A stretch of 64,000 nucleotides of DNA from Nibribacter koreensis (GCF_039541795.1 NZ_BAABGX010000002.1:7808-71807), one strand, 5' to 3'; shown: positions 48,362 to 58,047, counted from the first letter of the stretch. Numbers and translations are program-made. Notes: generated by a model from the letters alone, not told the origin.

Positions 48362-49012
48362 ATGATAAAAGTTATTTTAGCAGATGACCATACCTTGATT
48401 AGAGATGGATTGAAGTCACTTCTAAAGTCTGACAGGTCCATTCAGGTCATTGGCGAGGCAGAGAATGGCGCTAAGCTACTAGAACTGCTAGAAACCCACA
48501 CCCCAGACGTGGTCATGCTTGATTTGAACATGCCGGTCATGGATGGTTTTGAGGCGCTCACGCACCTGCAGGCCAAACATCCGCATGTAAAAGTCTTGGT
48601 CTTAACCATGCTAGACCAGGATAGTTATGTGACCAAAGTACGCACCGCCGGCGCCATGGGCTACGTACTCAAGTCGGCGGGCCGTACCGAGCTCATCCAC
48701 GCCATTAAAACCGTAGCCGACAACAACTCCTACATTTGCTCTGAGGTGGCTTTAAACCTTTTGAACCGCGTCAACAACGGCCCGGCTGTACCTTCTGAGG
48801 GGTCTGGCAAGACACCATCTGATTTGTCTAAGCGGGAAATGGAAGTACTACGGCTTATAGCAGAAGGATACACCAACGCAGAGATTGCAGACAAGCTCTT
48901 CGCCAGCAAGCGCACCATAGAATCACACCGGCAGCACTTGATTGAGAAGACCAAAGCCAAAAACACGGCTACGCTTATCAAATACGCCATCCAGCAGGGC
49001 TTGATTGACTAA
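48362..49012 (+). CDS. Response regulator, NarL/LuxR family (REC plus LuxR HTH)
   Basis: 'MIKVILADDHTLIRDGL...VVMLDLNMPVMDG' is the REC domain. C-terminal 'LSKREMEVLRLIAEGYTNAEIADKLFASKRTIESHR' is the LuxR-type HTH. Confidence 0.85.
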   Translation: MIKVILADDHTLIRDGLKSLLKSDRSIQVIGEAENGAKLLELLETHTPDVVMLDLNMPVMDGFEALTHLQAKHPHVKVLVLTMLDQDSYVTKVRTAGAMGYVLKSAGRTELIHAIKTVADNNSYICSEVALNLLNRVNNGPAVPSEGSGKTPSDLSKREMEVLRLIAEGYTNAEIADKLFASKRTIESHRQHLIEKTKAKNTATLIKYAIQQGLID

Positions 49013-49022
49013 GCGTTAAACC

Positions 49023-49088
49023 AAAACCTCCCTTGCAAGCAGAAGCCAGCGCCTAAAGACGCTGGCTTCTGCTTGCAAGGGAGGTTTT
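49023..49088. terminator. Bidirectional terminator with unusually long (29-bp) perfect stem
   Basis: aaaacctcccttgcaagcagaagccagcg-cctaaaga-cgctggcttctgcttgcaagggaggtttt. Confidence 0.8.
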
Positions 49089-49120
49089 ACACGGGCTTGG
49101 AAACCAAGCTCCTCTAGATG

Positions 49121-49363
49121 TTATTTTTTATTGAGGGCTGAGAGTCTTAAGACATTGTTACCCACTTCTGTCTGTTGGATGTAGGCCTGCTTTAATTCTT
49201 TTAGCCTGCAAACAGCGTCTTTGATGGTAGATGGATCTGTAGCAAGAAGCATGTTGTTCTTTAATAGCTTCTCTATAGGCTGCATAGCCGCTTTTTTCTT
49301 TGCTGTGATACTCATAGGAGTGTAATCAAAAGAATTTGGGAAACCACATACTAGGGGGAACAA
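49121..49363 (-). CDS. Hypothetical small protein
   Basis: 80-aa ORF convergent with the response-regulator gene. Confidence 0.3.
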   Translation of the reverse strand: MFPLVCGFPNSFDYTPMSITAKKKAAMQPIEKLLKNNMLLATDPSTIKDAVCRLKELKQAYIQQTEVGNNVLRLSALNKK

Positions 49364-49707
49364 CGAAGCTACGGTTACTTTTTTATTTTCACAACCTTTT
49401 ATTATATGAATAATTTAAGGGTTTGTTGCATCATTAATTTTAACTACCTTTACTTTGAACGTTAAAGAGATTGACATGCAACCATTTCTGGGATTCCTAT
49501 TTTTCTTTCTAGGCTTACTGGCATCGTTGGTGACTTGGTTGTTGAACCTCATCTTCGGGTAGTCTTTTCCTTCCTTCGCTCCTTTTCTTTCCTGCACAGG
49601 ATTCTACGCTTGTGTGCCTTATTTTCTTTTCCCTGCCCCGCTAGGGGTTGCTAAAAATCAGCGTACTTTTGTACCCCCATTTGCCTGCGTTCGTTTGATA
49701 GGTTGGA

Positions 49708-50724
49708 ATGGCTTGCCCAACAGATTCTATGGCTACACCTTCGTCCTCCTCTCCTATTAGGTTAATGGCGCTTATGTTAGGACTGGCCTTTGTGCTGCTC
49801 AGCATAAAGTTCATTGCCTTTTTCATCACCCACTCCAATGCCATCTTCACCGATGCCCTGGAGTCTATCATCAACTTTGTGACGGGGGGCTTTGCCTTAT
49901 ACAGCGTTTATTTAGCCGCTAAACCCAAAGACCAGGACCACCCCTACGGCCACGGCAAGATTGAATTCCTATCCTCTGGGTTTGAAGGCACCCTCATCTT
50001 ATTGGCGGGCGTGGCCATTATCATCAAGTCCATTTACAACCTCCTCTATCCGCACCCCATTGAAAGCCTGGATTGGGGTATTCTGCTCACGGCCGTTACC
50101 GGCGGGGCCAATTACCTGGCTGGCCGCTACCTGGTGCGCACCGGCACCCACCAGCATTCGCTTACCATCATTGCCAACGGCAAACACTTGCTCACAGACG
50201 CTTATACCAGCGTGGGCCTCATCATTGGCTTGGTGGCCATTTACTTCTTTGAGTATGTCTGGCTAGATGCCGTGGTGGCCATCATTTTTGGGTCTATCAT
50301 CACCTATACCGGCTATGGGCTGGTGCGCAACTCCATCTCTGGGGTGATGGACGAAGCAGACCATGAGCTCATTACCCGCATCATTTCTGTCTTAAACCAG
50401 CGCCGCAGGCAAAACTGGATTGACCTGCACAACATGCGCGTCATTAAATACGGCCGTCAACTGCACATAGACTGTCACCTAACCCTGCCCTGGTACTTTA
50501 ATCTGGTGGAATCCCACGCCGAGGTAGAGGCCTTGCAAGAAATCATCACCGAGGAGCTAGGTGACGTAGTGGAGTTGTTTGTTCACCTTGACCCTTGCCT
50601 GCCTCCAGACAGCTGCAAGCTCTGCACCAAGGCAGACTGCCACGTGCGGGAGAATGCCTTCATTGGCCGGGTGGAATGGACGTTGGAGAACGTGATTGAA
50701 AATGAAAAGCATGTGTTGATTTAA
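49708..50724 (+). CDS. Cation diffusion facilitator (CDF) family divalent-cation efflux transporter
   Basis: 'HSNAIFTDALESIINFVTG', 'DHPYGHGKIEFLSSGFEG' and a C-terminal cytoplasmic domain. The true start is possibly a downstream Met. Confidence 0.8.
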   Translation: MACPTDSMATPSSSSPIRLMALMLGLAFVLLSIKFIAFFITHSNAIFTDALESIINFVTGGFALYSVYLAAKPKDQDHPYGHGKIEFLSSGFEGTLILLAGVAIIIKSIYNLLYPHPIESLDWGILLTAVTGGANYLAGRYLVRTGTHQHSLTIIANGKHLLTDAYTSVGLIIGLVAIYFFEYVWLDAVVAIIFGSIITYTGYGLVRNSISGVMDEADHELITRIISVLNQRRRQNWIDLHNMRVIKYGRQLHIDCHLTLPWYFNLVESHAEVEALQEIITEELGDVVELFVHLDPCLPPDSCKLCTKADCHVRENAFIGRVEWTLENVIENEKHVLI

Positions 50725-50727
50725 GCG

Positions 50728-50771
50728 ATGCGTTTTTGGCCTGTTTTCCAGAAAATAGGCCAAAAACGCAT
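50728..50771. repeat. Palindromic element, extended 44-bp copy (inverted-loop orientation)
   Basis: atgcgtttttggcctgttttccagaaaataggccaaaaacgcat. Confidence 0.8.
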
Positions 50772-50899
50772 TTTCAATTGTCTATTGGTAAGGTGGCTTG
50801 TTGGTTTTTAGTTTGCTTTTTGTGGTTGATGGTTTGGTCATCCACAAACAAGGTTGTCTTTCCAATTGAGACGTCTCTTATTGTTGGTATTCTCGCCAA

Positions 50900-51430
50900 T
50901 GCCTAAGACTGCCGCTCCAGCTGCAAGTACCCTTGCCACTGCTTTGGTGCACTTCCCTGAGCTGTTCTCTTGGCAATACCGCCTTTACCGGTGCGCACTA
51001 CCTTTCTTGTTGCATAGCCTCCGCTAAGCGCTCAAGGCCGCGGGGCCCCGTCTTGGCCCTTCGCACTGCTGTTGTACTCTGGGCCTTTGGCCCCGCCTTT
51101 CAGGCGACGAAACAACAGAGGCGCTCAGGACCAAGACTGGTTCTGGTCCCAATGCTGCTCAGACTTGTTGGTTGGTTCTGGTGTTTGCAGGCAACGACGG
51201 GTACTGTCGCAACAGAGTCATTCGTGCTGGCGCACGGCTGTAGCCATCCGCTGTCCCTTGCGCGTGGTTCAAGTCTTGGACTTGGACCCATGATGCAGGC
51301 AGTTTTCAACTGCCGTTGGCCTTCTGCCTAGTGATGCACATTGCTACTTTACCACGCATTGCGTCCCCCTCCGGAGGGGGTAGGGGGAGGACAGGGGCGC
51401 CTTCAGACTCAAGGCTCAGGACTCATGACT
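50900..51430 (+). repeat. Composite ~750-bp non-coding repeat, copy D (core plus G/C mini-palindrome tail)
   Basis: Shares the core and the tail 'cttctgcctagtgatgcacattgctactttaccacgcattgcgtccccctccggagggggtagggggagg' with copy A. Confidence 0.8.
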
Positions 51431-51603
51431 AACGAGTAGCGTACGGCAGGGCCTGCGAGCGTCTGCGCCAGGAAACACGCTATACACCCTTACTACTGCA
51501 CGGGGTAGGTGGGTCTGGGTAATGGGTAAAATCTTATCTCCGGAGACATTAGGTTTTACGCAGAGCGACGCTACGAATCATGGAGAGACAACAAATACTG
51601 CAT

Positions 51604-51644
51604 CTCGTTTTTGCCTTGTTTTCTAGGAAATAGCCAAAAAACGG
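51604..51644. repeat. 38-bp intergenic palindromic element (degenerate)
   Basis: ctcgtttttgccttgttttctaggaaatagccaaaaaacgg. Confidence 0.6.
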
Positions 51645-51658
51645 TTTGCCTAAACAAA

Positions 51659-52798
51659 CTACTGCTTGTCTGCTTTAGGCGTAGGTTTTAGCCAAAGATC
51701 ACTCACGATGGGGTAATGGTCTGATAGCTTCTGCCGAATGGCGCGGTACCCGCTCCCCACCAGCCGCTTGTCATGCAAAAGGTAATCAATGCGCAGAATA
51801 GAGAACATGCCGTCATAAGTATTGCCTAATCCCCAACCGCTCTCAATAAAGGCATCCTGCAGCCCTTTGCTAATTTTATTATACGTGAACGAGGCCGGCG
51901 GATCATTGAAATCGCCGCACACAATGACGGGGTACGGAGACTGTTGAATGTGCCGGGCTACCACCTCTACCTGCCGGGCCCGCTTAATGGCTCCCACCTT
52001 TAAGCGCATGATGATGTTGCGCGAGGCCGTGACCTTTTCCTCATTGGTGGGCTTAGCATTGGGGTTGCCCAAGAACTCGTAATCCTCACGCTTAAAACGG
52101 TTAGACTGTAGGTGCACATTGTACACTCGTAGGGTATCCTGTCCCACCTTTATGTCGGTGTAAATGCAGAGATTGTTCGTCTCTTCATTAAACATAATAT
52201 TTCCCCTTCTAACAATAGGATACGTACTAAAAGTGGCTATTCCCCAGTGGTCGGTTTGGCGCTTGGTCTCGGTGTAGGCTACGTGTTTCTGGGTGGTCTT
52301 CTGAAGGTGCAGCAAGGTATCCAGGTTGTTGCGGCCTGCCTTGGACGAGGTATAAAACTCCTGAAAACACACCACGCTGGGAGCCTCGTCCTGCACCATT
52401 TTAAAGATCTTTTCGCGGGTTAAGGGGTTACCAGTCCAATTGTACAAATCAAAGAGCCTGGCATTAAAGGTAAGCACCCGCACTCGTTCTGCCACGGCAG
52501 GCACCTCTGCCGGAAACAGATTAAGTTGTACCTGGGCCCGAAGGTTGTCCAACCCAATCAACAAAACAAACAAAGAGATGAACAACGCCCGGCTTTTCAC
52601 CAACAACCAGTACACCACAAAAAGCAGGTTTACTAGTAAGACCCCTGGATAGGTAAGTGCAAACAGACTGGCGGGCCAGAAAACGCCCGGGTTAATATAA
52701 GAGCAAATATGCGCCAACAGCAGCCACGTCGCTACTCCAATATTAAGGAGCACGATCAGCTTAAACAGAAAACTCCTTCTGGTTTTTTGGGTAGCCAC
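51659..52798 (-). CDS. Endonuclease/exonuclease/phosphatase (EEP) family protein with N-terminal membrane anchor
   Basis: Three N-terminal TM helices. EEP motifs 'VVCFQEF', 'IVCGDFND' and 'SDHYPIVSD'. Confidence 0.7.
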   Translation of the reverse strand: MATQKTRRSFLFKLIVLLNIGVATWLLLAHICSYINPGVFWPASLFALTYPGVLLVNLLFVVYWLLVKSRALFISLFVLLIGLDNLRAQVQLNLFPAEVPAVAERVRVLTFNARLFDLYNWTGNPLTREKIFKMVQDEAPSVVCFQEFYTSSKAGRNNLDTLLHLQKTTQKHVAYTETKRQTDHWGIATFSTYPIVRRGNIMFNEETNNLCIYTDIKVGQDTLRVYNVHLQSNRFKREDYEFLGNPNAKPTNEEKVTASRNIIMRLKVGAIKRARQVEVVARHIQQSPYPVIVCGDFNDPPASFTYNKISKGLQDAFIESGWGLGNTYDGMFSILRIDYLLHDKRLVGSGYRAIRQKLSDHYPIVSDLWLKPTPKADKQ

Positions 52799-53397
52799 CG
52801 CAACAGGTTAAGATGAAACTCTCAGGTTTAAAGATACGCATACTGCAGTTGGAACGGAAAGCTCCTTGCCAGAAACTACAAATCTGAGACGGGATCGCAG
52901 ACTACTAAAAATCAACTTCTGGTCTGAGCGCCCGTACAAGTTTAGAACGGGATAAAAGCCCAATCAAGTATCCAAACAGTCTCTATTCTACCCTACTTAA
53001 AGTTTATGTTTCTATAAGAACGGTGAAGCCACTGGTTTATACCATTGTATACTTTTACCCACCCGAATTAAGACTGGGCGTGGAACATCGTAAATCTGAA
53101 GTTTAAGCAATAAAAGCAGCCCTTAGCGATTAAATACAGGTTGGTAAAAGATTAAGTTGAGCCTTTAAATACAAGAAAAGGACATTTTACGGCGTAGATA
53201 GCATGCTTTCCTCATCTCTGTCGTCGTTTTGCTGGCCTGTAACCTAGAAACATCTTATCCATCCAGCTTCTTACCTACCTGACAGGCTGTCATACTGTGT
53301 TTATAGAAATCTATAATCCAATATTCTAGAACCACTCTTTTAAGGTGTTACTTTAGGTTCATTTTATAAGATGTGTGCGGGTTTGAAAGTTGACTAG

Positions 53398-54495
53398 CTA
53401 AAACATGGTAAGTTGTTTCCCGGCCCGGGGAGTGAACTGTGTGAAGTCATATGGCGGCATGGACCTTCCCGAAAAGCATTTCTGGTAGTAGACTTTGAAG
53501 AGAGATTTGATGGTTTCAGCCCACTGACCCTCCCCTTGCATGCGCCGCCCAAACTGACTATCGTTTAAGGATCCGCCGTGGCAGGACTTGATTTGGTCCA
53601 GCACTTTAGCCCCTCTGTCTGGGTAGGCCTTCATAACCCAATCCTCAAAAATCTCCCCAATCACTCCGTTCAACCGCACCACGGTATAGGCCGCCGAGAG
53701 CGCTCCCGCATTGGCAGCGGCTTGCAGAATGGACGGGATCTCCTGGTCGTTCAAGCCCGGGATGACGGGCGCTACCATGACATTGACGGGCAAGCCGGCC
53801 TCGGCCAAGGTCTTCACCACGGCTAATCTTCTTATACCCGTGGCCGTGCGCGGCTCCATTTTTTGACGCAATTCTTCCTGTAAGGTGGTGATGGAGATGT
53901 TCACGTGCAGCAGCTGGTGCTTGTGCAGTTCTTGTAATATATCCAGGTCTCTTAGAATAAGGGCGTTCTTGGTAATGACGCTGACCGGGTGCTTGTACTG
54001 GAGCAAAACCTCTAACAACTGACGGGTGATTTTGCGCTTGGCTTCTATGGGTTGGTAGCAGTCTGTGTTGCCTGCCAGCATGATGGGGCGCACCTTCCAG
54101 TTTGGGTTTTCCAGTTGCTGTTTGAGCACCTGCGGCGCGTTTTCCTTGACTATGATTTTCTGCTCAAAATCCAGCCCGGCACCCAGGCCCCAATAGGCAT
54201 GGGTGTTGCGCGCATAGCAATAGACACACCCGTGTTCACAGCCTTGGTAGGGGTTCATGGAGTAGCTTAAACCTAAGTCTGGGGACGTTACTTCATTGAC
54301 AATCTTCTTGGGTTTCTCTACAAGAAACTGCGTCTTTGCCGGGGGCAGCCACTCCTCGTCTAGGCCCTCCAGGTGTTCTACTACCTACTCTTGTTGAAGG
54401 TATGGATTACCTGGATTGAACTGCGCTCCTCTTCCCTTCTGTGCCCCGGCGTTTTTAAAAGGTGCTGACGCAACTTGGCCTCTCTGCTCTTCCAT
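53398..54495 (-). pseudogene. Radical-SAM DNA-repair photolyase-like (SplB/COG1533) gene interrupted by an in-frame TAG
   Basis: The downstream part (from 54258) carries the CxxxCxxC radical-SAM motif 'NPYQGCEHGCVYCYAR'. The same frame continues upstream without a start codon ('...VEKPKKIVNEVTSPDLGLSYS'). A TAG at 54385-54387 separates it from an N-terminal segment MEEQRGQVASAPFKNAGAQKGRGAQFNPGNPYLQQE that matches the family N-terminus. Confidence 0.6.
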
Positions 54496-54791
54496 AGCTA
54501 AATTTATTAGCTTTTAAAGACTTGTCAAAGCAAAACAGAACCAAATATTTTAGCAATCAAATAACGTATTGAAGGTCAATCCTGTACGCAATTTTCTTTT
54601 ACATACTTGATTTGAGGAAGAAGAGCATTCCAATCAAAGGTAAGGAAGGCATTTTTGAACAAGCACGCGTGAATAGTGCCTCTAGAACATGACAATAAAC
54701 GCTTGTTTTTTTGAGAGTGCACTTCGGCTTGAATTATAATGCTTCCGTATGAGAGGGGGTATTATATGTGTTACTACTAAATTACCTAACT

Positions 54792-55160
54792 ATGAAAAAG
54801 AACAATTTTAATTGGCTGGCAGGCATTGCACTAGTATCCATGATGGCGCTATCTTCTTGCGGGAGCAACAAAGAAGACCAGGCCAATGGCACCACGCCAA
54901 ACAACCCCACGGTGAGCAATGGCGCTATGGACAATGGCACTAGCTCTACCACTGACATGGAGACGCCTACCACCACGGGCATGGACACTACCACTACCAC
55001 CACAACAGGGACAACCACCGGAACCACCAGCACTACCATGGGCACGACCACTGGCACTACTACTACCGGAACCACAGGCACTACCGGGACCACTGCTACT
55101 ACTACGGGCTCTACAGGTACCACTTCAGGCGGAACTACGGCTGGCACCACTGGCAGATAA
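54792..55160 (+). CDS. Thr/Gly-rich low-complexity lipoprotein
   Basis: Lipobox 'ALSSCG' is followed by roughly 90 aa of T/G repeats encoded by repetitive DNA. Confidence 0.55.
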   Translation: MKKNNFNWLAGIALVSMMALSSCGSNKEDQANGTTPNNPTVSNGAMDNGTSSTTDMETPTTTGMDTTTTTTTGTTTGTTSTTMGTTTGTTTTGTTGTTGTTATTTGSTGTTSGGTTAGTTGR

Positions 55161-55173
55161 GCATAGATGACAT

Positions 55174-55218
55174 AAAAAGACAAGGCGACCCATACCTATG
55201 GGTCGCCTTGTCTTTTTA
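55174..55218. terminator. Bidirectional hairpin terminator
   Basis: aaaagacaaggcgaccc-atacctat-gggtcgccttgtcttttt. Confidence 0.8.
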
Positions 55219-55261
55219 TGTGGGAGGGTAATAGAAACCCTACTTTACATATTTATTAAAA

Positions 55262-55666
55262 TCATGGACATTGTTGTAGCTGCGCCTTTACCTCATCCAA
55301 TGACATGCGGGTGGCCGGGTTCTTAAACTCGCTGTGCAGGTAGTTAAGAATGTTGGTAATGTCTGCCTCGGTGAGGCCTCTGTTACCGGGCATGGCCTGG
55401 TTATACATTCTACCGTTCACCTGAATTGGTCCGTTAATGCCGTTTCTTATCAGGCAGGCTAGCTCTTCACGGTGCTTGTCCAGGTAATCCGCTCCGGCTA
55501 GCGGCGGAATCACGCCTCTCAGTCCTTCGCCGTTGTCCAGGTGGCAGTTGGCACAGTGGCGGCCGTACAACAGCTTTCCTTCTTTACCTCTTTCTGTAAA
55601 ACAACCGGCCAGCACTGCCCCAAGGCCCAAAGAACACAGCACTATCAAGGCTCTCGTCAAGAACAT
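55262..55666 (-). CDS. Class-I c-type cytochrome
   Basis: Signal peptide and haem-binding motif 'CANCHLDNGEG' (CxxCH). Confidence 0.8.
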   Translation of the reverse strand: MFLTRALIVLCSLGLGAVLAGCFTERGKEGKLLYGRHCANCHLDNGEGLRGVIPPLAGADYLDKHREELACLIRNGINGPIQVNGRMYNQAMPGNRGLTEADITNILNYLHSEFKNPATRMSLDEVKAQLQQCP

Positions 55667-55669
55667 GGC

Positions 55670-56320
55670 TTATTTCTTCTCTTCTTGAAGGAGCAAATCT
55701 ATGTCTTTCATCAGCTTGTCCACGTCTGGTGCCATAGTACCGTCATAATGCCCTCTAATGTGCCGTTGGCCGTCCACCAACAAGAAGGCACCGCTGTGCG
55801 CGAAACCGCCAGGCGCATTTTTGTCTTCCAGCGCGCTGGTCATGTAATGCTTCTGGGCCATATCTAGAATGGTGTCTTTGTCTCCGGTCAAGAAGTGCCA
55901 TTTCTTGCTGTCTACGCCCAGACGTTCTGCGTACTCTTTCAAGACGGCTACTGTGTCATGGGTGGGATCTATGGAGTGCGAAAGCAAAATCACGTTAGGA
56001 TTGTCCTTGTACTTCTCATACACGCGCAGCATTTGGCTTTTCATCTTAGGGCAGATAGAAGGACAGCTGGTGAAGAAAAAATCAGCTACGTAGATTTTAC
56101 CGGCCACCGTTTCTTGGGTCACCCGTTGGCTGTCCTGGTTGAAAAACGCGAAGTCAGGGATGGAATGGTAGACGGTGTCTACCTTGGGCGTACCGTCCAC
56201 CATGGTCACTTTGGGCTCACGAGAGCCCAGAATAGGCAGCTTCTTAGCTTCTTCAGGTTTAGCTTGACAGCCGGCCAAGGCTAAGGAAAGCAGGCCGACA
56301 TAGACAATAGACTTGGTCAT
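55670..56320 (-). CDS. SCO1/SenC-family thiol-disulfide/copper chaperone
   Basis: Motif 'FFFTSCPSICPKM' (CxxxCP) in a thioredoxin fold. Start set at MTKSIVYVGLLSLALAGC, which gives a lipoprotein signal. Confidence 0.8.
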   Translation of the reverse strand: MTKSIVYVGLLSLALAGCQAKPEEAKKLPILGSREPKVTMVDGTPKVDTVYHSIPDFAFFNQDSQRVTQETVAGKIYVADFFFTSCPSICPKMKSQMLRVYEKYKDNPNVILLSHSIDPTHDTVAVLKEYAERLGVDSKKWHFLTGDKDTILDMAQKHYMTSALEDKNAPGGFAHSGAFLLVDGQRHIRGHYDGTMAPDVDKLMKDIDLLLQEEKK

Positions 56321-56324
56321 GAGT

Positions 56325-56792
56325 TTACTTGTTGGAAGGATCCAAAGCCTTGGCCTGGGCCAGGCTTTTTTGAATTTGTTGCTGAATGGCTTCAATCTCC
56401 TGCTTTTCTTTTTGCAGGTACTGCATGGCTGCGTCTTGAGAGAGTGAGTCTGGTGCCTGATAGGAGCGCATCCATTGCATCATGGCGTCATCTGCTTTGA
56501 TGAGCTCCAGAATGGTTTTACCGTATTGCTCTTTTAAGGCTACGTTGCCGTTAGGCAGTGAGTCTGCCTGTTGTGACAGGCGTTTACGCTCCAGGTACAG
56601 CTCTCCGTATTTAGCCATAGCCGAATCATGGGTGGCCATCACTTCGTCTTTGAGCAGGTCTACCTGGGTTTTCTCCGGAGCCTTCTCTACTTTAACGGTG
56701 TTGCCGCGGTCACAGCCCAGGCAAAATGCCAGACCCAGTCCTAAAAGCCAGTGATTTGTTTTCATCCTTTTTACCATCAAAAGGTTTAACAT
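56325..56792 (-). CDS. Hypothetical lipoprotein, first gene of the SCO1/cytochrome c operon
   Basis: Lipobox 'LGLGLAFCLGC'. Helical and Q-rich. Ends 4 bp before the SCO1 start. Confidence 0.5.
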   Translation of the reverse strand: MLNLLMVKRMKTNHWLLGLGLAFCLGCDRGNTVKVEKAPEKTQVDLLKDEVMATHDSAMAKYGELYLERKRLSQQADSLPNGNVALKEQYGKTILELIKADDAMMQWMRSYQAPDSLSQDAAMQYLQKEKQEIEAIQQQIQKSLAQAKALDPSNK

Positions 56793-56868
56793 GCGGCAAA
56801 GGTAGAACCTACATCTCTAGAACGCACAGGATTTCATGAGATTATCTAGGCACGCGTTTTAAACCCCA

Positions 56869-56907
56869 CCGTTTTTGGGTTATTTTCTGGAAAACATGCC
56901 AAAAACG
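56869..56907. repeat. 38-bp intergenic palindromic element
   Basis: ccgtttttgggttattttctggaaaacatgccaaaaacg. Confidence 0.7.
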
Positions 56908-56950
56908 ACGGGTATGGTCCTACCACCTTCCTACCCTCTTTTTAAAGGAT

Positions 56951-56982
56951 AAAAAAAGGCCACCCTTTTTGGATGGCCTTTC
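56951..56982. terminator. Hairpin terminator 3' of the disordered-protein gene
   Basis: aaaaaaaggccaccc-ttttt-ggatggccttt. Confidence 0.6.
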
Positions 56983-56998
56983 TAATGATTGCGCTGGG

Positions 56999-57991
56999 CT
57001 ACCAGTTAAAATCTTCTCTGGATGGTGGCTGAGCGCCTTGCCCGCGCACGTGCCCGCTCATGGGGTCAAAACGGCGGTCTCTTCCCTCCTGGCTTCTATA
57101 GTCTTCTGAGTGACCAAAGCTGAGCGAGCCGGCCATGTTGCCGTAGTTCTCACTTCTGTTGCCTTCGCCCTCTTGATTGTGGTGCTCGCGTCTTGGGGCG
57201 TTGTAATTCATCATGGAACTGTTCTCACGCTGGGCACGGCGGTCAAAGCCGCTTTGCATGTAAGATCCGCCTCCTATCATATTGCCGTATTCGCCCCGGT
57301 TGTAATGTGACAGCGAAGAGTCATAAATTTCATACTGGCTGTCATCTCCCCGGCGGGACCCGTCATTGGTGCCCGGGTTTCTGACAGACCCGCTGGAGCC
57401 CACGTGCTCTGAGGGCTGCCACCCTCTGGTATTGTCTGCTCCTTGTGACCCGTACCGGCTGGTGCCGTCATACTGCTCACGTTCACCGGGGGCAAAGCTG
57501 TTATGGTCGCGGTAGGCGCCATAGAACTGGCGCTGGCCTTGCTGTTGCTGCCCGCCACCATGGCCGCTGGTAGAATTAAAACCTATAGAGGAGTTTTGGT
57601 GAGAGCCACCTCTTGAACTTCCCCAGCCCTGGGCGCCGCCGTAGCTGCCCATGTTGCCGTAATTGCGGCTGGCCCCTTCTAAACTGCTGTTGCTTTCATT
57701 GGACAATTGCCTAGGGTGGTCATAGCGCTCTCCCTGGCGGCCAGAGTCTCTGCCGAAGTCTTGGTGACTGCCTTCCCAGCGCATGGAAGAAGATTGCCCT
57801 TCATGGTACGTTGGGTAGCCGTGACGCCCAGGCAGGTCCGCCCCTCTGTCATCCTCTGACAGATGACGTCTGTTCTGGTCACGGTAGCTGTCTTCTGCAC
57901 TAAAGCGGTAGGCACCGCGGTACTGATTTTCGTCTACGCGGCCTGGGTTACCCTGACGCCCGTAGTCCTTATTCTCCTGATTTCTATTCAT
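56999..57991 (-). CDS. Intrinsically disordered G/S/Y/R/N/Q-rich protein (hydrophilin/LEA-like), hypothetical
   Basis: 330 aa with almost no hydrophobic residues. Repeated YG, RG, SGG and QQ motifs. Uninterrupted ORF. Confidence 0.55.
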   Translation of the reverse strand: MNRNQENKDYGRQGNPGRVDENQYRGAYRFSAEDSYRDQNRRHLSEDDRGADLPGRHGYPTYHEGQSSSMRWEGSHQDFGRDSGRQGERYDHPRQLSNESNSSLEGASRNYGNMGSYGGAQGWGSSRGGSHQNSSIGFNSTSGHGGGQQQQGQRQFYGAYRDHNSFAPGEREQYDGTSRYGSQGADNTRGWQPSEHVGSSGSVRNPGTNDGSRRGDDSQYEIYDSSLSHYNRGEYGNMIGGGSYMQSGFDRRAQRENSSMMNYNAPRREHHNQEGEGNRSENYGNMAGSLSFGHSEDYRSQEGRDRRFDPMSGHVRGQGAQPPSREDFNW

Positions 57992-58047
57992 AACTCAACT
58001 AGGTTTATGGTACATGAATAGTATAGCTTAACGAGGGCAAAGCGCTT

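Noticed and set aside
54258-54258. Treating the radical-SAM gene as a normal 286-aa CDS starting at the ATG 54258
   Set aside because: The same frame upstream encodes 42 more residues matching the family (…SPDLGLSYS-MNPYQGC) without any start codon. The N-terminal family motif lies beyond a single TAG. An interrupted gene is the better description.
57110-57561. Several 60-94-aa ORFs on both strands within 56999-57991
   Set aside because: They are shadow frames of the G/S/Y-rich disordered-protein gene. Its repetitive GGN/AGY codons produce open alternative frames.
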